Origin: Candidatus Micrarchaeota archaeon
Lineage (GTDB): Archaea; Micrarchaeota; Micrarchaeia; Anstonellales; Bilamarchaeaceae
Assembly: GCA_964490215.1 (NCBI GenBank)
Contig: CAZBAM010000001.1
Span: 194,962 to 258,961 of the forward strand
Length of the DNA stretch: 64,000 nt
Direction: 5' to 3'
Under the pieces are notes generated by a model that searched no databases, had not been told where the DNA came from, and saw only the letters and a list, made by a program, of their open reading frames with translations. Position 1 is the stretch's first letter. Each line of letters begins with the position of its first letter. The position numbers and the translations under genes are program-made. Of this stretch, positions 27,263 to 35,564 are shown piece by piece.

Positions 27263-30200
27263 CTACTGGACCCGCCCGCACTTCCTGCACCTGCTGCCGC
27301 GATAGTTGGAAGTGCCGCAGCAGTAGGTGGTGCGGGCCAGCATCTGCGGCTGGACGGCCCTCGTCACTGACCTGCCGATGTTTTCCACGGTCGTCTGGAG
27401 CCTCTGCGTGAAGCTTGTTGAGCCACCGGTCTTGGACCTTGCCAGGTAGCCGGACACGATGTCCTTCGTGGACGGGCCTCCCATCGGGAAGCCGTGCCAC
27501 AGCGGCATCAGCGGGTTGAGCAGGCTGAACATCTGGTTCTGCATTATGCCGAAGCTGTAAAGCTCCTGGTTCCGCCTCATTGCGAGCGCTTCGGCGCCCA
27601 CGGTCCGGTTCACGGTGTTGGTGAATGCCGCCGCGCGTATGCGCTCGTCGTACATGAAAGCGCCCTCGTTCATGCGGAAGGCGTATTCCGCGGCCTTGAC
27701 CGTGGGATTAAGCACATGGCGGTAGTCGTAATCGCTGATGCCGGGGTTGGCCTCGTCCGTCCTCGCACTGGAATACACGCCCTTCCTCGTCAGGTAGATG
27801 TCCTGGGGCCCCTGGAGGAGTCCCTTGGTGAAGTCACGGCCTGCAAGCTGGTGCTTCTCAAGGCTGCCTCCGTAGACGTTAAGGCCGGCCAGCCGGTCCC
27901 AGGTCTTGCCTGAGAACCACTTGAACGAGAACGGGTTCACGGACTGCATTGCTTCCCTTATGCGGGGCTGGGTGTAGTTCCACTGCGCGAGCGCGTTCCC
28001 GGTGGAATCCCACTTGGACGCGTAGCCCTGCATGGACATCTGCAGGCCCCTCATCATGGAGGTGTAGGGCCTCATGATCTTGCCTGCCAGGTCCAGCGGG
28101 AAGCCGTAGAACGCCATGAAGTTGGTGTACTGGCCCCGGTCCATGAACGCCCTCAGGTTGTCTTTGATGTCGTATACCTGGGCCGGGCCGAAGTGGAAGA
28201 ACGAGCCCCACGCCTGGTGGGCGCCGAAGGACGTTGACGTTCCCCACGGGTTCCTGTCTATTATATAGTCCCACGCCTGGTGGTAGCCGAAGTGCGTCAT
28301 GGCGTATGCGCGGGCCGCTGTGCGCTGGTCCGGGGTCATGCCCTTCAGGGCCTCGCCCGAGAGTATGGACTGGGCGTTGTGCCAGGACTGCTGCCTCTGC
28401 ATCTCGCTCAGCGGCGCGATGTCGTAGGCTGCCTGGTGGACCCCGCGGTCCATGCCTCCTGCGGCCAGTGCGACTGTGGAAACGTAGTCGCCGAGGTGCA
28501 GGCCGATGTCCCTCCACGGCCTCAGGAACGTGGAAAGCCCGGGCGAGTCCACGCCGAAGAACCTCAGCATGGACGGCGCCACAGGGGCGGTCTGCCTCTT
28601 GGACTGGACGGAAACCGCGCTCTCGTTCCAGAACTTTGTGTAGTCCCACGTGGTGGTGGCGTACTGCCAGAGGACCGCTGCGAACACCTTCTCCTTGCCG
28701 TAGTTGTATCCGCCTGCCTTGGTGTCGTTCTTGGCAGCTTCCAGGAACGCTTTCCAGGCCTCGGGGTCCTTTGACGACGCTATGCGCTCAAACTCGCGCT
28801 GGAGCGCATCGCTGCTGAACTTGATTGTGACGTCCTCGGGCCTGAACGGCCTGAGCTGGCCCTTGTCGTCGCGCAGCGCCACGTCCCCGGCCAGAACGCG
28901 GTCCAGGTCGCTGAGCATCATGCCCTTGTGGTAATAGGCAAGCCCGCCTTCGTGGAGCATAACCATGGCTTTGTCGGACCTGACGAGGTCGTTGTAGGTC
29001 ACGGGCCTGGCCTGGCCGTTGCTGTCAAAGAGCCGCCCCTCCAGCTCACGCTTGTACCTGCCCATCAGCTTGTTTAGCTCTGCCTGTGCCGAAGGGTCGC
29101 TCACGTTCATCTTCTGCAGGAAGACCAGGTCAGGGTGGTTGGCCTCCATGCCCTTTTCCAGCAGGGCCTTTTCCAGCACGCCGGCCAGCACTCCGCCGTA
29201 GAACCTCGCGGTCTCGCGGGTGGTGCCGCCGTAGCAGTTCTGGCCGAACTGTGAATTGAAGCGGTTCTGCAGGTCCTGGGTCATAAGTTTCTCAGTAAGG
29301 AGCTCTTTTGCCATCCTGGTCCTCTGCTCATTGGACCATTGGGCGGAGCCGGGCATGCGGTCAAGCTGTGCCTCTATCCCTGCGTCGTAGTAAGGAACGT
29401 AGCTCTTGGTGAACCTGGACTGAACCCACTGCCCCAGGGCGAAGTTCTCCCTGGCGTCAAGGGAGGTTATCCAGTGCCTCTTGACGTCAACGATGGTGGC
29501 CTCCTTCGGCAGGCCGAGTTCGCTCTTCGGACCCCATATCATCTGGCCGGTCTTCTTGTCGTACATGTGCTGCCCGTCTTTGTCAGCTCTCAGCTCGGCA
29601 CCGGGCTGGCTCGTGACGCCTCCGTACATGAAGCCCACTATCTCGGCCATGGAAGCTGCACCCATGCCCTTGCCCATTGCCTTCTGGAAACCGGCCCTGC
29701 CCTCCTCTGTGAACAGCGATATCATGTCTGCCTTGTTCCTGGCAGCCAGTGCCTCAAGCTCTGCCTTGTTCTGCATGAACTCCGGCAGCTGGGACATGCT
29801 CATCTGGCCGGTCTTCGGGTCCACGTAGACCGGGTCAAGCCCGACGCACCGGTTTGACATGTTCAGGCGGAAGGATACAAGCCAGTCCTGCACGCCGCCG
29901 CGGCCGTAGCCGTGCTCGCAGTCCCATATCATGGTGCCGAATATCATGGTCCTGGCCAGGTGGCTGCCCTCAAGCGATTCCGTGCCCACGTTGCAGACGT
30001 AGGCGTCGGCGCCGTGCTTGCCGCTCAGCGTCGCCATGCGCGCGCGGTTTTCCTCGTTCAGCACTGTCTGCACCATGCCCATTTTCAGGTATTCCGGCTT
30101 GGCGTCGTGCTCTATGCCCTCCAGCCTCTGCGTTATGGCAAGCGCCTGCCTGTCTATGTGGGCGCCGTGGGATTCCATCAGCGCAGCCAGCCTCCGTATC

Positions 30201-32116
30201 TTCTCCGGCTGGCTGAGGCTCTTGTTGGACAGTATTTCCTTTGCCGCTGCCCCCACTGCCCTTACTGCCGCAGGGTCTGCCGTGTTGAGGCCGCAGCGCC
30301 TTAGTATGTCAACGTTCTTGTACCCCAGTTCCATGAGCTCCTTGTGGGTGAAGTCAGTCCTTACGCCCACGGCCTTGAAGCCCTGCTGGAGGATGTATTC
30401 CTGCACGTCGCGGTAGTGCGCGTTGAGGGTGATCTTGTACTGCGCTGCCAGCTTCTGGGTTATGGGGTACATGGTTCCTATCTTTATGTCGCCAGGGTGC
30501 TGCCCCATCTTCGTTGAGAGCCATGCGCCGGCTGCAGTGGACTTGAAGCTTGAGGCAGCTGCATTGAGGTTCAGCGCCATCCGCTCGGCAGCCCTCTTGC
30601 CGCCTATCATCCCGGCAGTGGTCGTCGCCACCTGGCCCGCGACAATCGGCGCGCCCCGGATTGCGGCCTTTGTGCCACGCGCGCCAACCTGCCAGCTCCT
30701 CACGAGCGATGCCGCGCCAGAGGTCACCACCGGGCCGACTATGGCGTACCTGTTGACGTTCATCATGGGCTGGAGCGCCTTGTCTATCCCGGACATTATC
30801 GCGCTCCTCTTGCCGATTTCAGCGTGGCCGGTTATCGCCTCAAGGCTCTGGTGGACCCTCGCGTCCATCACGTAGCCCTTCATGACGCTGGCCATCGTGG
30901 CGTGCTTGCCGCCAAGCGCCTGCGCCTTGTTGAATATCTCGGAAATTATCTTGTGCTCCTCGTTGCCGTAGCTATAGACGCTTTTCCTGGCGAGTTTTTC
31001 CAGGTCTGAGGTGCTTGCGCCGGTCTTCTGGCCGAGCGAGAGAGCGCCTTTGGCGACTTCCTTGTCGCCTGGCGTCATGCTTTTCCAGTTCATCAGCCTG
31101 TTGAAGCCTGCAGTGGAAGGGCCGCCCTGGGCGAGCTTGCGTATGAAAGCACCACCCGCCGTCAGTTTCTTCAGGTTGGCTCCCTTCAGCTCGCTCCAGC
31201 CGAAGGGCATCAGCACCTGGCCGCCTGCCGCCACGCCTTTCGGTGCGGGAAGCCTCGGCGTGGTTATGTCAAGCAGGGAAACCGGGGACTTGCCTGTGAA
31301 GTAGAGCGATGCGAGAAGCAGGCCGAGTATGAGGAACACTCCGACGCAGGGGAGCGTGGCGCCATTGGCCGTATAGCCAGGGGCCTGTGCTATGCCTGCC
31401 ATCAGGTCGCCGAGCTTCCTCGTGAGGGCCTGGGCGGCGCTGCTCGGCGGGTTCCTTATGACGTAGTCGTAAGTGGCTGCCTGGGCGGTTTCTTCCTTGC
31501 CGTTTATCGTGACCTGGGCCGGCAGGGACACTGCCTTTATCTCGGTCGTCGGCTGGCCCTCGCGGAGGGACTTGGGAATCTTGCACTGGGCTATGTAATA
31601 GTCAATCGGAATCGGGATGGAAGTCCCGGACGGCATATTACCGGTCTTCTTTATGTCCGCTGTCAGGCCGGCGCAGCCGTCCACCGGGGCGTAAGTACCT
31701 GACGCCAGCCTATACATGAACGTAATCTTGGCGTTCTGGATAGCCACGAACGTGGGGTTCTGGGTCGGTGATGTGCCGAACCGCTGCATGCTCCGGGCAT
31801 ACAGGCACCCCTGCAGGTCGTTGGCGTAGGCCGGGTCGGCCTTGCACTCGGCCAGCAGCTTCCTCACGGCCTCGCTCTTGGTCTCCCCGCTGGCACTCAC
31901 CGCAGGCTCAAATGCGAACGCTGTGGCGGTCAGGATGCAGTCCTTTGCCGGGTCCACGCAGCCGTAGGCGTCTGCCGGCGTCACCACCAGCTGGGTGAAC
32001 GCCTGCGACTGCTCGCCGAGCATGCCGCCTGCCGGGCCTGGCGTGCTAACCGCGAAGAGCGCGGCTGCCATGAAGAGGAAGACGAATGCCCCGAACACGT
32101 TCTTCAACGATATCAT
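27263..32116 (-). CDS. giant (1617-aa) secreted/membrane-anchored protein of unknown function
   Basis: N-terminal signal peptide (FVFLFMAAALFAVS), hydrophobic helix near residue 265 (LPCVGVFLILGLLLASLYF), Cys-rich C-terminus; TATA TTTATAAA at -33..-26 of the ATG; uninterrupted ORF. Confidence 0.75.
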   Translation of the reverse strand: MISLKNVFGAFVFLFMAAALFAVSTPGPAGGMLGEQSQAFTQLVVTPADAYGCVDPAKDCILTATAFAFEPAVSASGETKSEAVRKLLAECKADPAYANDLQGCLYARSMQRFGTSPTQNPTFVAIQNAKITFMYRLASGTYAPVDGCAGLTADIKKTGNMPSGTSIPIPIDYYIAQCKIPKSLREGQPTTEIKAVSLPAQVTINGKEETAQAATYDYVIRNPPSSAAQALTRKLGDLMAGIAQAPGYTANGATLPCVGVFLILGLLLASLYFTGKSPVSLLDITTPRLPAPKGVAAGGQVLMPFGWSELKGANLKKLTAGGAFIRKLAQGGPSTAGFNRLMNWKSMTPGDKEVAKGALSLGQKTGASTSDLEKLARKSVYSYGNEEHKIISEIFNKAQALGGKHATMASVMKGYVMDARVHQSLEAITGHAEIGKRSAIMSGIDKALQPMMNVNRYAIVGPVVTSGAASLVRSWQVGARGTKAAIRGAPIVAGQVATTTAGMIGGKRAAERMALNLNAAASSFKSTAAGAWLSTKMGQHPGDIKIGTMYPITQKLAAQYKITLNAHYRDVQEYILQQGFKAVGVRTDFTHKELMELGYKNVDILRRCGLNTADPAAVRAVGAAAKEILSNKSLSQPEKIRRLAALMESHGAHIDRQALAITQRLEGIEHDAKPEYLKMGMVQTVLNEENRARMATLSGKHGADAYVCNVGTESLEGSHLARTMIFGTMIWDCEHGYGRGGVQDWLVSFRLNMSNRCVGLDPVYVDPKTGQMSMSQLPEFMQNKAELEALAARNKADMISLFTEEGRAGFQKAMGKGMGAASMAEIVGFMYGGVTSQPGAELRADKDGQHMYDKKTGQMIWGPKSELGLPKEATIVDVKRHWITSLDARENFALGQWVQSRFTKSYVPYYDAGIEAQLDRMPGSAQWSNEQRTRMAKELLTEKLMTQDLQNRFNSQFGQNCYGGTTRETARFYGGVLAGVLEKALLEKGMEANHPDLVFLQKMNVSDPSAQAELNKLMGRYKRELEGRLFDSNGQARPVTYNDLVRSDKAMVMLHEGGLAYYHKGMMLSDLDRVLAGDVALRDDKGQLRPFRPEDVTIKFSSDALQREFERIASSKDPEAWKAFLEAAKNDTKAGGYNYGKEKVFAAVLWQYATTTWDYTKFWNESAVSVQSKRQTAPVAPSMLRFFGVDSPGLSTFLRPWRDIGLHLGDYVSTVALAAGGMDRGVHQAAYDIAPLSEMQRQQSWHNAQSILSGEALKGMTPDQRTAARAYAMTHFGYHQAWDYIIDRNPWGTSTSFGAHQAWGSFFHFGPAQVYDIKDNLRAFMDRGQYTNFMAFYGFPLDLAGKIMRPYTSMMRGLQMSMQGYASKWDSTGNALAQWNYTQPRIREAMQSVNPFSFKWFSGKTWDRLAGLNVYGGSLEKHQLAGRDFTKGLLQGPQDIYLTRKGVYSSARTDEANPGISDYDYRHVLNPTVKAAEYAFRMNEGAFMYDERIRAAAFTNTVNRTVGAEALAMRRNQELYSFGIMQNQMFSLLNPLMPLWHGFPMGGPSTKDIVSGYLARSKTGGSTSFTQRLQTTVENIGRSVTRAVQPQMLARTTYCCGTSNYRGSRCRKCGRVQ

Positions 32117-32138
32117 GATATAGACGCGTGTCCGGCGC

Positions 32139-32261
32139 TTTATAAATGTTTATGTTCACAAGGGATATGAAAACTACAAAAACTACAAAAGTTGTAGTTT
32201 AATGTTATAGAAAATAGACGATAGCGAGGTGTATGGTATTGGCGAGGCGCATGGTATTGGC
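32139..32261. promoter_or_regulatory. divergent control region: TATA TTTATAAA (32139-32146), 2x AAACTACAA direct repeat plus 9-bp palindrome AAACTACAA-aag-TTGTAGTTT (32171-32200), 2x ATGGTATTGGC (32233-32261)
   Basis: AT-rich intergenic stretch between the giant gene (-) and the Arch_ATPase gene (+) carrying an operator-like inverted repeat and direct repeats. Confidence 0.45.
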
Positions 32262-32317
32262 TGGGCGCAGGATAAGGGGTGGCAGGGCATGAGACGGCAG
32301 GACAAGGGGTGCGTGGC

Positions 32318-33409
32318 ATGAAGGGGCCGAACCCGTTCGCCTTCCTTGAGGACAACCCAGGGGAAGCGGTCGGAAGGAAATACGAATCAGGGGTGTTTGA
32401 CGCCATGGCGCGGGCGTGCTCGGCAAGGCAGCCGCGGGTGCTGGCAGTCCATGGCGGCCCTGGCACAGGCAAGACCTTCCTGCTGCGCTACTTCAGGCGC
32501 GAGGCAGAGGGGATGGGCATGCTGGCGCCCTATGCAAAGGCCGAGGAGGGCGAGGATGCGGCCGACGTGGCCGGCAGGCTATACCAGGAAACCGCGTCGC
32601 TGCTGGAATTCCGCACGCAGGGAGCAGGTGCACACCCTGGCACCTTTGCCGGACTCGTGGAATCGCTTGGGAAGGGCGGCCAGGGGAAGTATTTCGGCAC
32701 CCTCGTGTTCATAGACGACTTTGACGACGTCAGGAAGGCTGACGAGGCAGCGGCGGAGCTGGTGCGGCTCGCAGCCTCGCTGGAAGGCAGGAGGGCGGTG
32801 GGCTTCGTCCTGGCGTACACGAGGGAGCTGCGGCTTCCCGAAAGCCCGGCCCTTGGCGTCCTCAGGCTCAAGCCCTTTGACGAGCACGACGCCAGGGAGG
32901 CCATAGACAAGGCGCTGGGCGCAGGACCCGGGCCTGGCAAGGGGCCGAAGATGGGCGAGGAGTGCCTCCACAGCGTGATGACGGACACCGGCGGGAACCC
33001 CCGCCTGCTGAAGGCGGTCTGCAGGCACGTCTATGACAGGCTGAAGGACAACGAGAAGATAATAAACAAGGGCCATTACCTCGCCTACCTGCCGTACATA
33101 ATGAACATGCTATCCGGCGAATGGTTCGGCAGGATGTACCAGGCGACGCCTGAGGCTGAGCGGAGGATTCTCGCGGTCATGGCAGGAAACAGCGAGGGGA
33201 TGCACGTGTCGGACATCGCCAGGACGCTCGGCAGGCCGCTCGGCCCCACGACCGCGCTGGTCGGAAGGCTCCTGGACAGGGGGCAGATAACGAGGCTGGA
33301 CAGGGGAAAATACAGGATTTTCGCAGGGCTATACGCGCGCTATGTATTGCAGAGGGGCGAGGGGCGGGCGGAGGAAAAATCCGCGGGCTCCGCGCAGAAA
33401 CGGCGCTGA
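32318..33409 (+). CDS. archaeal-type AAA ATPase (Arch_ATPase/PF01637-like) with a C-terminal wHTH (DUF234-like)
   Basis: Walker A VHGGPGTGKTFLL, Walker B LVFIDDFDDV, C-terminal GKYRIFAGLYARYV; alternative GTG start at 32279. Confidence 0.65.
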   Translation: MKGPNPFAFLEDNPGEAVGRKYESGVFDAMARACSARQPRVLAVHGGPGTGKTFLLRYFRREAEGMGMLAPYAKAEEGEDAADVAGRLYQETASLLEFRTQGAGAHPGTFAGLVESLGKGGQGKYFGTLVFIDDFDDVRKADEAAAELVRLAASLEGRRAVGFVLAYTRELRLPESPALGVLRLKPFDEHDAREAIDKALGAGPGPGKGPKMGEECLHSVMTDTGGNPRLLKAVCRHVYDRLKDNEKIINKGHYLAYLPYIMNMLSGEWFGRMYQATPEAERRILAVMAGNSEGMHVSDIARTLGRPLGPTTALVGRLLDRGQITRLDRGKYRIFAGLYARYVLQRGEGRAEEKSAGSAQKRR

Positions 33410-33430
33410 ATGACAGGCAGGAAAAACCGG

Positions 33431-33949
33431 TCAGGAAGCGAGCCGCCAGTCCTTTTCAAAAACAGAGCTGAACGCAGCGACAGTGGCCGCGTCCCTGATG
33501 ATGACCGAGGCCTCGCGGTTGTCGTATAACGCAGCGCCTGAGAAGTTGTGCGAGCCGACCAGGACAGCCCTGCCGTCGGCGATGACGAACTTGGCGTGGG
33601 TCAGGGCGTATTTCGCCGTGGCGTACCGGACGTTGATTCCGTCCGACGCGAGCTGGCCGTAGGCGTCCTGGTTCTGGTTCTCCATCACGTTCCGCTCCAG
33701 AATGACGCGCACATCTACTCCGCGCGCCTTTGCCCGCTTCAGCGCTGCCAGGGCTTCGTGCGAGGTGAATACGTACATTTCCACGTCCAGCGAGCTTTGC
33801 GCAGAATCAATGAGCGACAGGATTTCAGGCCCGCCGCCTGGCGAGAAAACGGGCGTTATCACAGGCGGGAACAATGCAGGAGCGGCAAGCGTGCAGATGG
33901 CGATGCCGAATAATACTCCTAGCACGAACCTGCCCATCCCCCAGAGCAT
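33431..33949 (-). CDS. secreted phospholipase-D-family (Nuc-like) nuclease
   Basis: N-terminal signal/TM; HKD motif HAKFVIADGRAVLVGSHNFS; 172 aa. Confidence 0.75.
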   Translation of the reverse strand: MLWGMGRFVLGVLFGIAICTLAAPALFPPVITPVFSPGGGPEILSLIDSAQSSLDVEMYVFTSHEALAALKRAKARGVDVRVILERNVMENQNQDAYGQLASDGINVRYATAKYALTHAKFVIADGRAVLVGSHNFSGAALYDNREASVIIRDAATVAAFSSVFEKDWRLAS

Positions 33950-34081
33950 ACTGACGGATTGCAGACGAAATTATAAAACCCTTTCCTGCGGCGTGCCGCG
34001 CGTCTTTCGGACGGTCTGAATTGTTCAGAACTCAAGAGTTACTATCTTGCCCCGATGACCGTTCGGGAACCCCATCCGGCG

Positions 34082-34426
34082 CTATCGGTCATATTTACCA
34101 AGAATAGTTCTGACAGCCGTTTCAAGGGCAGGCAGCTTGTTGGTCACAACATCCCAGACAATCGCCATATCCACAGCCGAGTATTCGTGGACGAGAATGT
34201 CCCGTAAGCCGGATATTTTCTTCCATTTGATATCCTGGTGCTGCTTTTTGATTTCAGCCGGTACGCATTTTGCGGCTTCACCGATGATGAGGAGATTTCG
34301 TATCACTGCATCGGATACGAGGCTGTTCCCGGCGAACGCTTCAAAGTCCATGCCTTCTGAGTATTTGCGTATTTTGCCTGCCGCTTCAAGGATATCCTCC
34401 AGATAAACCCTATAGTCCTTGGACAT
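34082..34426 (-). CDS. hepT: HepT-like (DUF86, HEPN) toxin
   Basis: DUF86 sequence with conserved RNLLIIGEAAK...ILVHEY region; overlaps the cognate MNT gene. Confidence 0.75.
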   Translation of the reverse strand: MSKDYRVYLEDILEAAGKIRKYSEGMDFEAFAGNSLVSDAVIRNLLIIGEAAKCVPAEIKKQHQDIKWKKISGLRDILVHEYSAVDMAIVWDVVTNKLPALETAVRTILGKYDR

Positions 34427-34718
34427 AAAGCGCCTCTTCTTTTACATATCTGAGAGCAGGTTTCAGGCTGTTTTCCATCACCAGATCCACTTTCCTGTGG
34501 AATAGGCGTTCAAGGAAGAATTTCAGATCCATGTAGTTGTCAAACGTCGCCATTCTGAAAGAAACGAGGAAATCCAGGTCGCTGCCCTTCTTTTCCGTGC
34601 CTTTGAGGACCGAGCCGAAAAGCCCTATCTGCTCAACCCCGTATTGCCTTATCTCCTCCCTGTGCTCTTCAAGCGTCTGCACTATTCTGTTTGGAGTAAG
34701 TACCAGCACGCGCTTCAT
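34410..34718 (-). CDS. mntA: MNT nucleotidyltransferase antitoxin (type VII TA partner of HepT)
   Basis: GLFGSVLKGTEKKGSDLDFLV minimal nucleotidyltransferase motif; ATG at 34716-34718 (MKRVLVL...). Confidence 0.75.
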   Translation of the reverse strand: MKRVLVLTPNRIVQTLEEHREEIRQYGVEQIGLFGSVLKGTEKKGSDLDFLVSFRMATFDNYMDLKFFLERLFHRKVDLVMENSLKPALRYVKEEALYVQGL

Positions 34719-34866
34719 GGATGATGATTGCCCTTTAGGCATTAAAAAAGGCTCTGATTTCGTAATTATCACCAGTCCAGGAATTGGAAACATGCAAGGT
34801 TCTCCAGCTGGTAGAGCCGGGCCGTCTTCCCCGGACGTATGGCCCTGTCAAGCTTAATGCACGAAG

Positions 34867-35047
34867 TTCATTCAGAACTCAATCGCTAGCTATGCTGGCG
34901 AGCAGTTCTGATGAGCGAAGCGATTCAGAACTCAAGATCCGCCGGCTGATGCCGCCAGCTCTCGAGTTCTTCATTTCATTCAGAACTCAATCGCCAGCAA
35001 GGCTGGCGAGCAGTTCTGATGAGCGAAGCGATTCAGAACTCAAGATC
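34867..35047 (+). repeat. two direct copies of a 73-nt unit spaced 108 nt apart (TTCATTCAGAACTCAATCGC...GAGCAGTTCTGATGAGCGAAGCGATTCAGAACTCAAGATC); a partial third copy (TTCAGAACTCAAGAG) at 34024-34038 on the other side of the HepT/MNT pair
   Basis: near-identical copies at 34867-34939 and 34975-35047; the 96-aa ORF over them is an artefact. Confidence 0.8.
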
Positions 35048-35306
35048 TCAGTCATCGCGCCGAAGCGCTCGTAGGTATTGCATTGTCATCATTATGGAAC
35101 TGATTCTCAATACGCCCTTTTAATTTGAGCGATGCAAGGGAAAGACCGGGATGATGACTGTTCGACAGACCGAGGACGCAAGCCCGATGAGGTATACATC
35201 ACGTCTGACCGCAAATAAGATAAAAATAAGGGCTCTGTAGAAAAGCTCAGGCCCTTGCCGGGCTAGTCTTATTTTTGACCCATAGACGCCCTTTGGGCAC
35301 AGGACC

Positions 35307-35483
35307 CACAACAATCCAGGGTGCGCGGGAGCCCATGCTTTCAAATAGGGGCGGAGCGCACCCGACTCGGCTTGCGGGCTCCCGCCTAAAGCCACTTCCG
35401 CAAGCCAAGGGCTTTCTAGCGACCGGTTCGCCGGTCGCTGGAATCCAGGGAGCAAAGCTCCCTAGATTAGCCCTGGATTGTTG
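35307..35483 (+). repeat. 177-nt multi-hairpin palindromic element (outer stem CACAACAATCCAGGG/CCCTGGATTGTTG enclosing three internal hairpins); MITE-like and related to the region upstream of tnpB
   Basis: 35410-35467 is the reverse complement of 41128-41185 (58 nt); nested inverted repeats GCGGGAGCCC/GGGCTCCCGC, AGCGACCGG-ttcg-CCGGTCGCT and AGGGAGC-aaag-GCTCCCT. Confidence 0.6.
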
Positions 35484-35496
35484 ACCATCTGCGGAC

Positions 35497-35543
35497 GGTT
35501 CCCCCGTGCCGGTTCACGGAGGCATTTCTTATGGGATTTCTAC
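35497..35543 (+). repeat. 47-nt exact repeat, copy 2 (identical to 27162..27208)
   Basis: exact match; lies 3' of the TFB gene after a T-rich tract. Confidence 0.9.
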
Positions 35544-35564
35544 AAAGCAAAATAAGGAAAAAAA

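Noticed and set aside
27494-31998. Numerous plus-strand ORFs (e.g. 28234-28818, 29339-29857) inside the giant gene
   Set aside because: Antisense/alternate frames of a 4.9-kb GC-rich CDS.
34867-35047. Hammerhead-ribozyme-like CUGAUGA...GAA core inside the 73-nt repeats
   Set aside because: Flanking helices I/II/III do not form convincingly (stem II would be only 2 bp); treated as coincidence. Also not CRISPR (only two units, spacer not unique-like).
34784-35074. 96-aa ORF spanning the 73-nt repeats
   Set aside because: Repetitive translation generated by the DNA repeat; no start context.
35100-35560. Possibility that the structured region downstream of TFB is RNase P or SRP RNA
   Set aside because: A GGGAAAGACCGGG stretch loosely resembles the P4 strand but the partner strand and other conserved regions are absent; the inverted 58-nt match to the tnpB upstream region favours a mobile-element relic.
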